A stretch of DNA of 64,000 nucleotides, from contig CAPFSK010000002.1 of NCBI GenBank assembly GCA_948614045.1, positions 18,404 through 82,403 of the forward strand, in the 5' to 3' direction. This DNA is from an uncultured Candidatus Saccharibacteria bacterium. GTDB lineage: Bacteria > Patescibacteriota > Saccharimonadia > Saccharimonadales > Saccharimonadaceae. Below are positions 33,275-43,508 of the stretch, one piece after another. How positions within the stretch are numbered: the stretch's first letter is position 1; each line of letters opens with the position of its first letter. The translations under genes were made by a program, and so were the position numbers. The notes beneath the pieces are model-generated. The model saw nothing but the letters and a program-made list of their open reading frames with translations. It made no database searches and had not been told where the DNA came from.

Positions 33275-35242
33275 CTAGTATCTCGGCGCCAGCTCGCGGC
33301 TATACGTTTCATTATAACTCGAGCCATATCTCGAAGCTTGAGCATAGCCCCAGAGGTAACTATCCGCACGCAAGTTAAATACTTCTGCCGAACTCTGGCG
33401 CGTTGAGTACCCAGTGGCGCCATTCGTCGCCAACCCTCTGCTCATCTGCGCCTGCGAGTCTGCTCCAAATGTCCGATTCAGCTTCATGCTGCCCGCTACT
33501 ACTGGCCCGTTGAAGACTAACTGTTGCGTACATGTATTACCCGCATTCCCTACGCCATCGCTTGTCGTTCCAGTACCACCGGCCGTGCCTTCTGCATAAT
33601 CTACGCAAGTATTGACTTCGCCCTTGGCGATAATCCAAGCGTCAATCCGCGTCACATCACTTTTTACTTTGACGTTATTTGCGAAAATAATCGTCTGCGG
33701 CAAACTCCGTACATTATAATTTGTATCATCGTTCGCAGAATTATTAACGTAACTTCCACTCGCGCTACTAATCGTAATATCCGTATTGCTGTCTCCGATA
33801 ACTGTCACTCCTGCCGCCGGATCACTACCTACTTTTTCTAGGTATGCCGTCAATCGCGTTCGGAACGCGCTCGAGCTCAGGTTTGATCCCGCACCCGCTA
33901 GGTTGCATCCAACATTGGAAATCGTGAGTGGCGAATTCGTCGACCAAGGCGAAGTTGCGTTATTGCAAACTGCGTCGTTTGTCGATGTTAAGCCCGTCCC
34001 GTTACTAATACTTGCGCCCGAAGCAATCGCCTTACTTTTATCCATCTTGCCAGTCGACGCCGCCAGATATTCTGACCATGAACCGTAGAGATTGCGCGAA
34101 TCGCCTGCTACAGGCATGCCTTCGGCGTTTTCTAGCTGGGTGCTTCCGGCCGGAGTCATGTACCCCAGCGTTGGTCCGAGTCCACTAATCAAATGCCGTT
34201 TCGCGAGCGACATTATAATGCTGTAACCTTGATTATCCTGACTAGAAACTAGTAAACTCCCATTCCAAAACGCCGTTGTCGGCCTTTTGGCGATCGTCCG
34301 GCAGGCTGGCTGCGCAACATAGGTATAGTCCTTTGCTGGTTCCGAGGTGTAAGTTACGCTGCTCGCACCATTCGCCTTAATGCCGTAAAAATATCGGAAC
34401 TTATAGCCGAACGAGTTGCAGTACTTCTGCCCAATATCATCCGGCACGGCCACGGTCGCCGTCTCGCTAGTCGTGTCGCTGCCTGACGCCCCGTTTTCGG
34501 CTCTATCCGCATAATCGACCGTATAGCGTGTCAGCCGACTACAAGCAAGTGGTTGCGGATTCCGCCCCCAGAATAGATTACATAGGGCCGTCCCTTTGAA
34601 CCTCGCTGCCCCTGCGACTAGGCTTGCATCATATGAAATTCCTGCGCCATGATTAAATACCACTGCTTCCTTGCCGATTAGGCGCCGTGTTTTGACTCCG
34701 TTCGCCGCACCGCTAATCGCCAGCGTTGCATCTTCTCCTGCTAGCATTGCGTATTCTGATCCCGCTGATGCCCCTAGCCCCACATTCGCTTGAGCCAGAG
34801 GATCCTTGCCGTTCTCGTCTGAACCCATATATGTAATATAGGCACAGGCTTGTGAATTCGCAGCGTTTTTACCGCCTTCGACAATCCAGTTGTAACCGGC
34901 GCCAGCCAGACCATTCACGACGAAGTCGACGTATTTTTTCTCGTACCTCACGCGCCGGCAAACTCGCTTCGTTTTCCCGCTGTCAGCTGCTGCAAACTGC
35001 ACGGTCACCGTATCGTTTCCGATTGTCGCTCCGCTATTCTGGCTTTCTTTTCCACTCGGCGAGGTCCAAGTCCCGGTCGCTCCACGCTTATCTTGCCAGT
35101 CTTTATTCGCCCAAGCATCCCCGCTCTCTGTGCCGGATTTCGTTCGAATTTTCCAATCTACTGACGGCGCCTGTACGGTGTCATTTGCGCCAAATGGATT
35201 AGTTACTTCGTAGAATAATTCATGTTTGAAGTTGACTGTCAC
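33275..35242 (-). CDS. C-terminal part (655 aa) of a large secreted protein, in frame with the upstream ORF across one TGA
   Basis: No signal peptide and no SD, only a GTG start. Same frame as 35270-36079. Confidence 0.6.
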   Translation of the reverse strand: MTVNFKHELFYEVTNPFGANDTVQAPSVDWKIRTKSGTESGDAWANKDWQDKRGATGTWTSPSGKESQNSGATIGNDTVTVQFAAADSGKTKRVCRRVRYEKKYVDFVVNGLAGAGYNWIVEGGKNAANSQACAYITYMGSDENGKDPLAQANVGLGASAGSEYAMLAGEDATLAISGAANGVKTRRLIGKEAVVFNHGAGISYDASLVAGAARFKGTALCNLFWGRNPQPLACSRLTRYTVDYADRAENGASGSDTTSETATVAVPDDIGQKYCNSFGYKFRYFYGIKANGASSVTYTSEPAKDYTYVAQPACRTIAKRPTTAFWNGSLLVSSQDNQGYSIIMSLAKRHLISGLGPTLGYMTPAGSTQLENAEGMPVAGDSRNLYGSWSEYLAASTGKMDKSKAIASGASISNGTGLTSTNDAVCNNATSPWSTNSPLTISNVGCNLAGAGSNLSSSAFRTRLTAYLEKVGSDPAAGVTVIGDSNTDITISSASGSYVNNSANDDTNYNVRSLPQTIIFANNVKVKSDVTRIDAWIIAKGEVNTCVDYAEGTAGGTGTTSDGVGNAGNTCTQQLVFNGPVVAGSMKLNRTFGADSQAQMSRGLATNGATGYSTRQSSAEVFNLRADSYLWGYAQASRYGSSYNETYSRELAPRY

Positions 35243-35269
35243 ATTAGCTTCATCCGTACTAATCTCGAC

Positions 35270-36079
35270 TCATGCTGACCCGTCGGCGGCGCTAGTCGCA
35301 CTGTAGCCGGATATATCTGAACCTTGCTCAGGAATTTCAACTGTAGACTTGGAGTAAAAACGGTTTTTGTTTTCGTCATTCGTCGTATCATTGATAATTG
35401 CACGAACTTCAGACGGGTCGCTACCGCAACCTTGCCCCGAGATATTAAAGCATCGATAAACTTGCACTGTACGTCGACAGTCTTTCGCTCCGTTTGACAA
35501 GTCGGTACAAGTACTATCTGAAGATGAGAAGAATGTATCCAAATCGGTAATTGTATTCCCGCCAAGACTACCTCCTCCGGACCATTCGTATTGCGTTTGC
35601 GTATAACCGCGCGGAATCGAACGGCTCTGGTAGGTGATTCCTGGAATTGAGCTACCACTACTATCGCGCAAGTCCGTATCGACGGCTGTAACTTGGTATG
35701 GAACTTCGGTATTATGTCCGCACCCGTATACCATCCCATGAATATCAAAAGTTGCCGTCCTATCGCGTCCGCCGACTTCGCGATTTGCCAGCACTAATGC
35801 TTGACCTGGACCACCCCCAGCAGCGTTGCTAATCCATAGGGCTCCCCAGCGCAGACCTGTGTTATTTCGACAGTTCGTACAGGCACTTTGGACTGCTGGA
35901 ATTCCGCCTACTGCTACGCCGCCTAAAACCGCTTGCTCCTCGCAGCCATCGGCATTGGCTGCCGCAAGAGCCTGGCGCGGGTGCGCTATTAGCATTGGCA
36001 AGCTCAGAATAGCCATCAACGCTAAAGCAATAGCTATGTAGTGAGTAGTGCGTTTCGCGATTTGTTGTTCAATTTTCAT
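35270..36079 (-). CDS. N-terminal part (signal peptide + Cys-rich domain) of the large secreted protein
   Basis: ATG at 36079 with GGAG upstream. Signal-like HYIAIALALMAILSLPMLIA...ALAA. Ends at TGA 35270-35272. Confidence 0.65.
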   Translation of the reverse strand: MKIEQQIAKRTTHYIAIALALMAILSLPMLIAHPRQALAAANADGCEEQAVLGGVAVGGIPAVQSACTNCRNNTGLRWGALWISNAAGGGPGQALVLANREVGGRDRTATFDIHGMVYGCGHNTEVPYQVTAVDTDLRDSSGSSIPGITYQSRSIPRGYTQTQYEWSGGGSLGGNTITDLDTFFSSSDSTCTDLSNGAKDCRRTVQVYRCFNISGQGCGSDPSEVRAIINDTTNDENKNRFYSKSTVEIPEQGSDISGYSATSAADGSA

Positions 36080-36080
36080 C

Positions 36081-36797
36081 CTATCCCACTCCGTTTGTAT
36101 CAATCATTGTATTATTTTCAATAAACTCCTCGCACCGCTCCGCTTTTTCTGGCTCTTCAAGACTATTCCAGGCATTTACCATCGCATTACAGTAAGTCAG
36201 AGCCTCGTCCAGCGGTAAATCATCAGGATTAATCCCGTCTCCGACTTCAACTACACGCTCCGGGTAACTATTCGCTGCATAAAATAACATTTCGGCAATT
36301 GTGATGCGATTGCGATCGTCAATGGTTGCCGCTTCGTTCTTCTGTTCTTCATAATACTCTACTGCGCCTTCAATATTCTGTTCGTCGCTGTCGTCTGATT
36401 CTGTATTGTAAATTTTATTCGCGCTGGTTTGAATATCCTTGATTGTTTCATCCTGCAAAAAAGTCATTTCCTCTGGTTCCGGCCGGCTCAACGTTGCAAT
36501 AATCCACCAAGTCCCCAGCCCAGTCAACAAGATTAGCAAGCCTACGATTAAGATAATCGAAATCATCTTTCGTGTTTTCTCGTTCTGCTTTTTCCGCTCA
36601 GCTGCCCGCGCCTTATGCTCCTTGAACGGGTCTTCCTGCCGCGCAGTGATTTTTCCAATCTCCGACGATCGAAACTGAATATTAGACTCTTGACTCGTAT
36701 CCGTACCTTGTGCGTCAGGCGCCACTGACACACTCCCAGCCTTAGTAGCTGTTTGCGCAGCACCAGAAACCGGGCTACTATTAGACGGCTCGCTCAT
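36081..36797 (-). CDS. Hypothetical single-pass membrane protein
   Basis: SD GAGGAGG before the ATG at 36797. TM segment ISIILIVGLLILLTGLGTWWIIA. Confidence 0.65.
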   Translation of the reverse strand: MSEPSNSSPVSGAAQTATKAGSVSVAPDAQGTDTSQESNIQFRSSEIGKITARQEDPFKEHKARAAERKKQNEKTRKMISIILIVGLLILLTGLGTWWIIATLSRPEPEEMTFLQDETIKDIQTSANKIYNTESDDSDEQNIEGAVEYYEEQKNEAATIDDRNRITIAEMLFYAANSYPERVVEVGDGINPDDLPLDEALTYCNAMVNAWNSLEEPEKAERCEEFIENNTMIDTNGVG

Positions 36798-36912
36798 TCT
36801 ACCTCCTCGAACCTTACTTGTAATGGTTAAAACGATTATAGTACGATTTTTATTGATCGACAAGTCTGAGTTTTGTGAACCTGTTGTGCTAAAATGATTC
36901 CAAGGAGTTTTT

Positions 36913-37866
36913 ATGAAAGTTGAAGAATTTACAATTAGAAGTCAGCACGATGGTCTCGAATTGGGCGTCAGCCTGCGCATTCCAGAACACCCAATCGGGA
37001 TTTTACAGTTAGTACACGGTATGGCGGAACATCGCGAACGCTATCATGATTTTATGGATTACTGTGCGGCGCAAGGTTTTATTGTTTTGATTCATGACCA
37101 TCGTGGCCATGGTGCCAGCGTTAAATCCGAAACAGATTATGGCTATTTTTATCAGGATGGCGCACAGGGAATTATTGACGACGTACATCAGCTTACGCTC
37201 TATCTGCGTGAGCGCTTCCCTGGATTGTCACTGACGCTGTTCGGTCATAGTATGGGCTCGTTAGTTGTGCGTTGCTACGCGAAAAACTACGACGTTGATA
37301 TTGACCGTTTGATTGTTTGCGGATCGCCAAGTAAACGCTTCGGAGCCGGCGCTGGGCGTCTCGTGGTCAAACTATTAAAAGCTCTCAAGGGCGAACACTA
37401 TCGCAGTCCACTTGTTCAAAACTTGTCCTTTAGCGGATATAACGAAAGGTCTGCCAAGCTCGCTCGTCAGAACGGCGAAACTGTCAGTCTTGCTAAGCAC
37501 TACCCTAGCGAAAGCTCCTGGATCGTCAGTGACCCGGAAGTTGTGGCGGCCTATGACGCTGACGCGCGCGACGGCTTCGTCTTCACGCTCAACGGTTTTG
37601 AGAATCTATTTAGCCTTATGAAAACCGCCTATAGTAAATCTGGCTGGAAAGTTGACCGCCCCGATTTGCCAATTTTCTTCATCGCCGGCGCGAACGACCC
37701 CTGCATTATCAGCCAAAAAGATTTTCAGAAGGCAGTTAATTTTATGCGCGACCGCGGTTATCTTGACGTGAAGAGTAAACTTTATCCCGGCATGCGTCAT
37801 GAGATTTTGAATGAAAAGGATAAACAGCAAGTTTGGTCGGACATTGTTGACTTTATCAAGAAATAG
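36913..37866 (+). CDS. Alpha/beta hydrolase (lysophospholipase/monoacylglycerol-lipase-like)
   Basis: HGMAEHRERY and nucleophile elbow GHSMGS. Confidence 0.8.
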   Translation: MKVEEFTIRSQHDGLELGVSLRIPEHPIGILQLVHGMAEHRERYHDFMDYCAAQGFIVLIHDHRGHGASVKSETDYGYFYQDGAQGIIDDVHQLTLYLRERFPGLSLTLFGHSMGSLVVRCYAKNYDVDIDRLIVCGSPSKRFGAGAGRLVVKLLKALKGEHYRSPLVQNLSFSGYNERSAKLARQNGETVSLAKHYPSESSWIVSDPEVVAAYDADARDGFVFTLNGFENLFSLMKTAYSKSGWKVDRPDLPIFFIAGANDPCIISQKDFQKAVNFMRDRGYLDVKSKLYPGMRHEILNEKDKQQVWSDIVDFIKK

Positions 37867-37908
37867 CCGCTGGTAGACAAAACTCTCCATCACCCTTATA
37901 CTAATCGT

Positions 37909-40449
37909 ATGACGAATTTTTATAATCAGACCGTAAAAGCAACCTTGGCGGACTTTTCCGTTGATCCTGAAATTGGCCTTACCGAGAAGGAAGTTTTAAA
38001 ACGCCAAGAAAAATATGGCAAAAATTCGCTTCATGTTCGCGAAACCCCGCTTTGGCGCAAGTTAATCGAGCCGTTTCTGGATGTCTTCATGGTGATTTTG
38101 GTCGCCGCTTTTATTCTGTCGGCAGTGCAGCAGGACTGGATTGAGACGATTGCGATTGGAGTTATTATCATTGCTGACACCGCTATATATTATATTCAGC
38201 GCTTCTCGACTGACCGTATTCTTCGTTCGCTACAAAACAGTACGAAGCAGGCCGTTGCTGTAATTCGCGACGGCACAGAGCAGGCGCTGGATGCATCTGA
38301 ACTTGTACCGGGTGACATCGTGATTTTGCGCGAGGGTGATCGGATTCCGGCCGACGGGCGCATTGTTAAAGAATCTGGACTGCTAGCCGACGAGGCAATG
38401 CTGACCGGCGAATCCGAAGCAATTGCCAAGGATGCTCGTGCGATTTCTGGTATGAAAAAAGTCTATGAACAGCGCAATATGGTCTTTTCTGGATCTTTCG
38501 TCCTAACCGGTAGCGGACGATTCGTTGTCACGGCAACTGGTGATGACACTGAGTATGGCCGCATCGCTTCGCTTGCCTCTTCGGTAGAAGAAAGTAGTCC
38601 GATTTCCGAAAAGATTAACCAACTTGTCGTCAAGATTGCTATCGTAGTTGTCGTTTTAGCAATTATCGTCCTCGTCGTGCAATTAGTCGACGGGATCGAA
38701 ATTTTCAGTGCGTTGAAATTCACGCTTGCTATGATTGTCTCGGCCGTGCCAGAAGGATTACCGATTGCGATCTCGATTATTTTGGCGCTCTGTGCGAAGC
38801 GCATGGCACGCAAGCAGGCCCTAATTAAGGAATTGAAAGCAATTGAATCAATCGGCATCGTGACGACGATTGCCAGCGATAAAACCGGCACTCTGACCGA
38901 GAATCGACTGGAGCTACGCGAAGTTTGGTCGCCTAGTGGCGCTGCGAATTTCCGCAAGCATCTCGCTCGTACGGCCCTTTGCGAAGCAACGCTGATTGAT
39001 GCTGAGGGCGGCTCGACTCCGGCTGACCCGCTCGACGTTTCGATCATTAGTTATCTCGCTAGCTGGAAACTTGATTGCAATAAACTCGAACCGTTACGTT
39101 CTTATGCCTTCGACCAAGGTTTGAAACTTTCTGGTAATTTGTACCGCGGCGAAGATGGCAAGCTTGAACTTGCGGTGAAGGGTGCACCGGAGACGATTAT
39201 CAATCGTTCTAGGCTTACAGCTGCTGAGCGTGAGAAGATCGAACTGAAGCTAAATGAACTTGCCGGCAAGGGTTACAAAGTCGTCGCTATTGCCAGCGGC
39301 CAAATCAACAGTGAAATCAACGAACTTGGTCGGTTGAACAAAGATGATAAATTCCAGTTTGAAGGCTTTATCGCGATTGCCGATGCTATTCGCCCTGAGG
39401 CTGCCCGCGCCATCAAACAAAACGCCAAAATGGGCGTAAAAACGAAAATGGTCACCGGCGACCACGCTGGTACGGCGTATACGATTGGCCGCGAGCTTGG
39501 TCTAGCGCACGATATTTCCGAGGTTCTTGACTGTTCAAAATTAGGTAATATTGCTGATGAGGATTTGACTGATATGGTGAAATCGGTGACGGTTTTCGCC
39601 CGTGTGACACCAGAAGATAAATTCCGTATTTTGAATGCGATCAAACAGAGCGAAATTTGTGCGATGACCGGCGATGGCGTTAATGACGTTCCGGCTCTCG
39701 TCGGTGCTCATGTCGGGATTGCGATGGGGGATAGTCCATCGGTCGTCCAAGACGCTGGAGACATAGTCCTTCTGGATAATAATTTCAAAAATATTACGGA
39801 GGCGATCCGCGAGAGTCGGACGGTCTTAGCTAATATCCGACGCATGCTCGGTTATCTCCTCGCGACCAATGCCGGCGAGGCTCTGACGATGATCGGCTCA
39901 CTCGTGCTTTTCGGCGAGCAAATGCTGACTCCGATTCAAATCCTTTGGATTAACCTCGTCACCGATTCGCTACTCGTGATTCCTCTCGGTCTCGAACCGG
40001 ACGAGTCGCAGATCCTGCGTCGTAAGCCGCAGCCGAAGGATGCCCCGATTTTACCGACTAGTATGGTAATTCGCATGATTATTATTGCTGTACTGATGTC
40101 GGGGATGACTCTTGGTACGTATTTCATTACGAAACTCGTCCTTGGTTCAGCGGAACAGGCTAATACACTTGCCTTCACGGCTCTAGTTGTTATGCAGTGG
40201 AGCAGCGCGATTTCAGCGCGCGGGCTTTATGAGTCGGCTTGGCAGCGCCTTAAAGTGCGCCATCATGGTTTCTGGTGGGCGCTGCTAGTTGCAGTCTTGC
40301 TCCAGATTTCGGCAATTTTCGGTCCGCTTGCCGTCCTCGCTGGTACGGTCGCAACGCCACTAATCGCAATTATCGTGACGGCTCTAGTTGCCTTCGTGGT
40401 GCCGCTTGTAGTAATCGAGCTATACAAGAAATTCCAGCGCCAAGAATAA
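37909..40449 (+). CDS. P-type cation-transporting ATPase (type II, Ca2+/Mg2+-like)
   Basis: TGES, DKTGTLT, MVTGD and GDGVNDVPAL motifs. About 10 TM segments. Confidence 0.9.
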   Translation: MTNFYNQTVKATLADFSVDPEIGLTEKEVLKRQEKYGKNSLHVRETPLWRKLIEPFLDVFMVILVAAFILSAVQQDWIETIAIGVIIIADTAIYYIQRFSTDRILRSLQNSTKQAVAVIRDGTEQALDASELVPGDIVILREGDRIPADGRIVKESGLLADEAMLTGESEAIAKDARAISGMKKVYEQRNMVFSGSFVLTGSGRFVVTATGDDTEYGRIASLASSVEESSPISEKINQLVVKIAIVVVVLAIIVLVVQLVDGIEIFSALKFTLAMIVSAVPEGLPIAISIILALCAKRMARKQALIKELKAIESIGIVTTIASDKTGTLTENRLELREVWSPSGAANFRKHLARTALCEATLIDAEGGSTPADPLDVSIISYLASWKLDCNKLEPLRSYAFDQGLKLSGNLYRGEDGKLELAVKGAPETIINRSRLTAAEREKIELKLNELAGKGYKVVAIASGQINSEINELGRLNKDDKFQFEGFIAIADAIRPEAARAIKQNAKMGVKTKMVTGDHAGTAYTIGRELGLAHDISEVLDCSKLGNIADEDLTDMVKSVTVFARVTPEDKFRILNAIKQSEICAMTGDGVNDVPALVGAHVGIAMGDSPSVVQDAGDIVLLDNNFKNITEAIRESRTVLANIRRMLGYLLATNAGEALTMIGSLVLFGEQMLTPIQILWINLVTDSLLVIPLGLEPDESQILRRKPQPKDAPILPTSMVIRMIIIAVLMSGMTLGTYFITKLVLGSAEQANTLAFTALVVMQWSSAISARGLYESAWQRLKVRHHGFWWALLVAVLLQISAIFGPLAVLAGTVATPLIAIIVTALVAFVVPLVVIELYKKFQRQE

Positions 40450-40525
40450 CTAGGCGAAACCCCTTTAGCAGCCGTTTAAGCATAAACAATTTCGTTGTAA
40501 TTAATACAACACATTTTACATTGAC

Positions 40526-40573
40526 ACCCCACATCTAGTGTCTTAAAATAAATATAGACACTACATATAGCGT
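40526..40573 (+). promoter_or_regulatory. Two NrdR-box-like 16-mers, 32 bp apart, overlapping the nrdD promoter
   Basis: ACCCCACATCTAGTGT (40526-40541) and ACACTACATATAGCGT (40558-40573). Promoter: TTGACA 40521-40526, 17-nt spacer, TAAAAT 40544-40549. Confidence 0.6.
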
Positions 40574-40653
40574 CAGACAATTACAATCAATAACAATTAA
40601 TAATAATCAAAAATAAAAATATCACTAGGTACAAAGAGGAGGTAATATTTTTT

Positions 40654-43017
40654 ATGTTCAAAAAAATTGTCAAGCGGGATGGGAAAATAGCGAATTTTGA
40701 TCCTGAAAAAATTACTGAAGCGATTGCGAAAGCTGGTTTAGTCACCGAGGAATTCAAATACGACCGCGCGAAGCAACTCTCCGATAAGGCTGTTAAACGT
40801 GCGACCGAAACTATCAAGCAGCGCACCCCCAGCGTCGAACAGATCCAAGATATCGTTGAAGAAGTCCTGATGGAATCGGCCTTCAAGAAGACGGCGAAGG
40901 AATATATTACTTATCGTCAGGAGCGTAACCGTATTCGCGAAGCGAAAAGCAACTTGATGAATATTTACAAAACTATCGCAATTGCCGATGCCTCCGAAGA
41001 TTCAGATGTAAAGCGTAGTAATGCTAATGTCGACGGAAATAGTGCGATGGGTAAAATGCTTCAATTCGGCGCCGAAGGTTCGAAGATTTTTGCGAAGACG
41101 ATTTTGATGAAACCAGAATATGCTAAGGCTCATGATGACGGCGAGATCCACGTTCATGACCTGGACTTTTATGCGACCGGTACGTTAACTTGCTGCCAGA
41201 CCGACCCATTACAGCTATTCGCAGACGGCGGTTTTAATACCGGGCACGGGCATCTCCGCACGCCGAATAGTATCGGTAGCTATGGTGCGCTCGCAGCTAT
41301 TATTCTTCAGGCGAACCAGAACGAACAACATGGTGGCCAGAGTATTCCGAACTTCGATTACGCCATGGCACCAGGCGTCAACAAGAGCTTCCGCAAGGCG
41401 CTGAACCGGGCTATTAGGCAGTACAACCGCTTTAGTGGCAACAAAGAGTTGACAGTTAAGATTCCGGAGAATCTGGAATATGGTGATGAGAAGGCACTGA
41501 AGAAGCTGAAGCTTCCGGCCGATATTATCGAGAGCGCGAACGAAGACGTTGAGCGTCAGACTTTCCAAGCCATGGAGGGCTTTATCCATAATTTGAACAC
41601 CATGCATAGTCGTGCCGGTGCGCAGGTGCCGTTTACTAGTATCAACTTCGGCACTGATGTGACGCCAGCGGGTCGATTAGTCAGCAAGTGTCTGCTTGAA
41701 GCGACCGAGGACGGTCTTGGTCATGGCGAAACTCCAATTTTCCCGATCTCAATTTTCAAGGTCAAGGAAGGCGTGAACTATAACCCCGAAGATCCGAACT
41801 ACGATTTGTTTAAGAAGAGTATGGAAGTCAGCGCGAAGCGCTTGTTCCCGAACTTTGTCTTTATTGACGCACCGTTCAACTTAAAAGACTACAAGCCTGG
41901 CGATTATCGTACGGAAATTGCGACTATGGGCTGCCGCACGCGCGTCTTCGGTAGTATTTTCCCAGAGAGCAACGGCATTGCAACTGGACGCGGAAACCTT
42001 AGCTTTACGACGATTAACCTCGTACGCCTCGGCATTAAACACGGTATTGCGCTTGGTGAGCGTAAGGAAGCTGACTGGTCTGGGTTTTATAAAGAACTTG
42101 ACGAGAAGATGGATCTGGTCGCCGGCGAATTACTAGAGCGGTATGAGTTCCAAGCCAATCAGCACGTTCGCAACTTCCCATTCCTCATGGGCGAAGGTAA
42201 CTGGTTCGGTAGCGAAAAGCTAGGCTGGAACGATACTTTACGCGATGTGATTAAGCATGGTACCTTGAGTATTGGATTCATCGGCTTAGCGGAATGTTTG
42301 GTGGCGATGACTGGCAAACACCACGGCGAAGATGAGGAATCACGTGAGCTCGGTCTCGACATTATTACTCATATGCGCGAGAAATGCGACGCTTATAGCA
42401 AGAAATATAAGCTGAACTTTACTCTACTCGCGACCCCAGCGGAAGGTTTGGCTGGTAGATTTACTAAGATTGACCGTAAAGAGTATGGTGCGATTGAAGG
42501 CGTTAATACCCGCGACTACTATACTAATAGTTTCCATGTTCCGGTATATTATCCGATTGGCGCCTTTGAAAAGATTGAGATTGAGGCTCCGTATCATGCT
42601 CTTTGTAACGCTGGGCATATTACGTATATCGAACTCGATGGCGACCCGAGTGACAATATCGAAGCTTTCGAGGCGGTGATTCGTAAGATGAAAGAAAGCG
42701 GCATTGGTTATGGCTCGGTTAACCACCCGGTCGACCGCGACCCAGTTTGTGGCTATTCGGGGATTATTGAGGGCGATAGGTGTCCAAGCTGTGGCCGGAT
42801 TGAGAGTGAGGGCGACGTGCCGTTTGAAAGACTAAGAAGGATTACTGGGTACCTAGTAGGTAGTCTCGAGCGCTGGAATGACGGCAAAAAAGCCGAGGAA
42901 CATGACCGCGTGAAGCATGACGTGAAATGCAACATGAACGGCGTGTATAGCGTAGAAGAGAAGAGCAAGCGTGAAGCCGCTAAACGCACGCAAAAAACAA
43001 TGACGGGGAAGAAATAG
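40654..43017 (+). CDS. nrdD: Anaerobic ribonucleoside-triphosphate reductase NrdD
   Basis: N-terminal ATP-cone (KRDGKIANFDPEKI), C-terminal Zn site CPSCG, and glycyl-radical motif RITGYLV. Confidence 0.95.
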   Translation: MFKKIVKRDGKIANFDPEKITEAIAKAGLVTEEFKYDRAKQLSDKAVKRATETIKQRTPSVEQIQDIVEEVLMESAFKKTAKEYITYRQERNRIREAKSNLMNIYKTIAIADASEDSDVKRSNANVDGNSAMGKMLQFGAEGSKIFAKTILMKPEYAKAHDDGEIHVHDLDFYATGTLTCCQTDPLQLFADGGFNTGHGHLRTPNSIGSYGALAAIILQANQNEQHGGQSIPNFDYAMAPGVNKSFRKALNRAIRQYNRFSGNKELTVKIPENLEYGDEKALKKLKLPADIIESANEDVERQTFQAMEGFIHNLNTMHSRAGAQVPFTSINFGTDVTPAGRLVSKCLLEATEDGLGHGETPIFPISIFKVKEGVNYNPEDPNYDLFKKSMEVSAKRLFPNFVFIDAPFNLKDYKPGDYRTEIATMGCRTRVFGSIFPESNGIATGRGNLSFTTINLVRLGIKHGIALGERKEADWSGFYKELDEKMDLVAGELLERYEFQANQHVRNFPFLMGEGNWFGSEKLGWNDTLRDVIKHGTLSIGFIGLAECLVAMTGKHHGEDEESRELGLDIITHMREKCDAYSKKYKLNFTLLATPAEGLAGRFTKIDRKEYGAIEGVNTRDYYTNSFHVPVYYPIGAFEKIEIEAPYHALCNAGHITYIELDGDPSDNIEAFEAVIRKMKESGIGYGSVNHPVDRDPVCGYSGIIEGDRCPSCGRIESEGDVPFERLRRITGYLVGSLERWNDGKKAEEHDRVKHDVKCNMNGVYSVEEKSKREAAKRTQKTMTGKK

Positions 43018-43508
43018 TGCAGATTCGACTTTCTGGTCCACTAGAGCGCGACAATATCGTCAATGGGTACGGCCTTCGGGCCGTGCTCTGGACCCAGGGT
43101 TGCGCTCGCCATTGTATGGGATGTCAGAATCCTGAAACTTGGGACTTTAACGCTGGAGTATTAGTAGAAGTTGATGAGGTAAAACAAAAGCTGCGTGAAT
43201 TTAAGGGCCAGACCGGAATTACTTTCTGTGGCGGTGAACCATTCGAACAGCCCGAGGCGTGTCTCGAACTGAGCGAGTGGTGTCGTAAGGAGCTAGGTTG
43301 GAATGTTTGGAGTTTTAGCGGCTATACTTATGAGCAGCTAAAAGAGGCTGGCGGTGCGAAATGGGAATTTCTGAAAAGTCTTGATGCTTTGATCGACGGT
43401 CCGTTCATCCTGGCCGAGCGTGATTTGACACTGAAGTTCCGCGGGTCGAGGAATCAGAGGCTATTGCACCTAGAATATGGCACAGGGAAGATTTTGAGGC
43501 AAGAATAA
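43017..43508 (+). CDS. nrdG: Anaerobic RNR activating protein NrdG (radical SAM)
   Basis: GTG overlaps the nrdD stop. CARHCMGCQN cluster motif. 163 aa. Confidence 0.9.
   Translation: MQIRLSGPLERDNIVNGYGLRAVLWTQGCARHCMGCQNPETWDFNAGVLVEVDEVKQKLREFKGQTGITFCGGEPFEQPEACLELSEWCRKELGWNVWSFSGYTYEQLKEAGGAKWEFLKSLDALIDGPFILAERDLTLKFRGSRNQRLLHLEYGTGKILRQE

Noticed and set aside
35270-35272. Alternative genetic code (UGA as a sense codon, as in some CPR lineages)
   Set aside because: TGA terminates several well-defined genes here (rsmD at 23514-23516, the ORF ending at 22935, NUDIX at 46297-46299, DUF1653 at 46550-46552). The standard code fits the window.
35239-35748. 169-aa minus-strand ORF overlapping the 277-aa secreted-protein gene in another frame
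   Set aside because: It is an alternative frame of a gene that has a signal peptide and coherent composition. It has no independent start signals.
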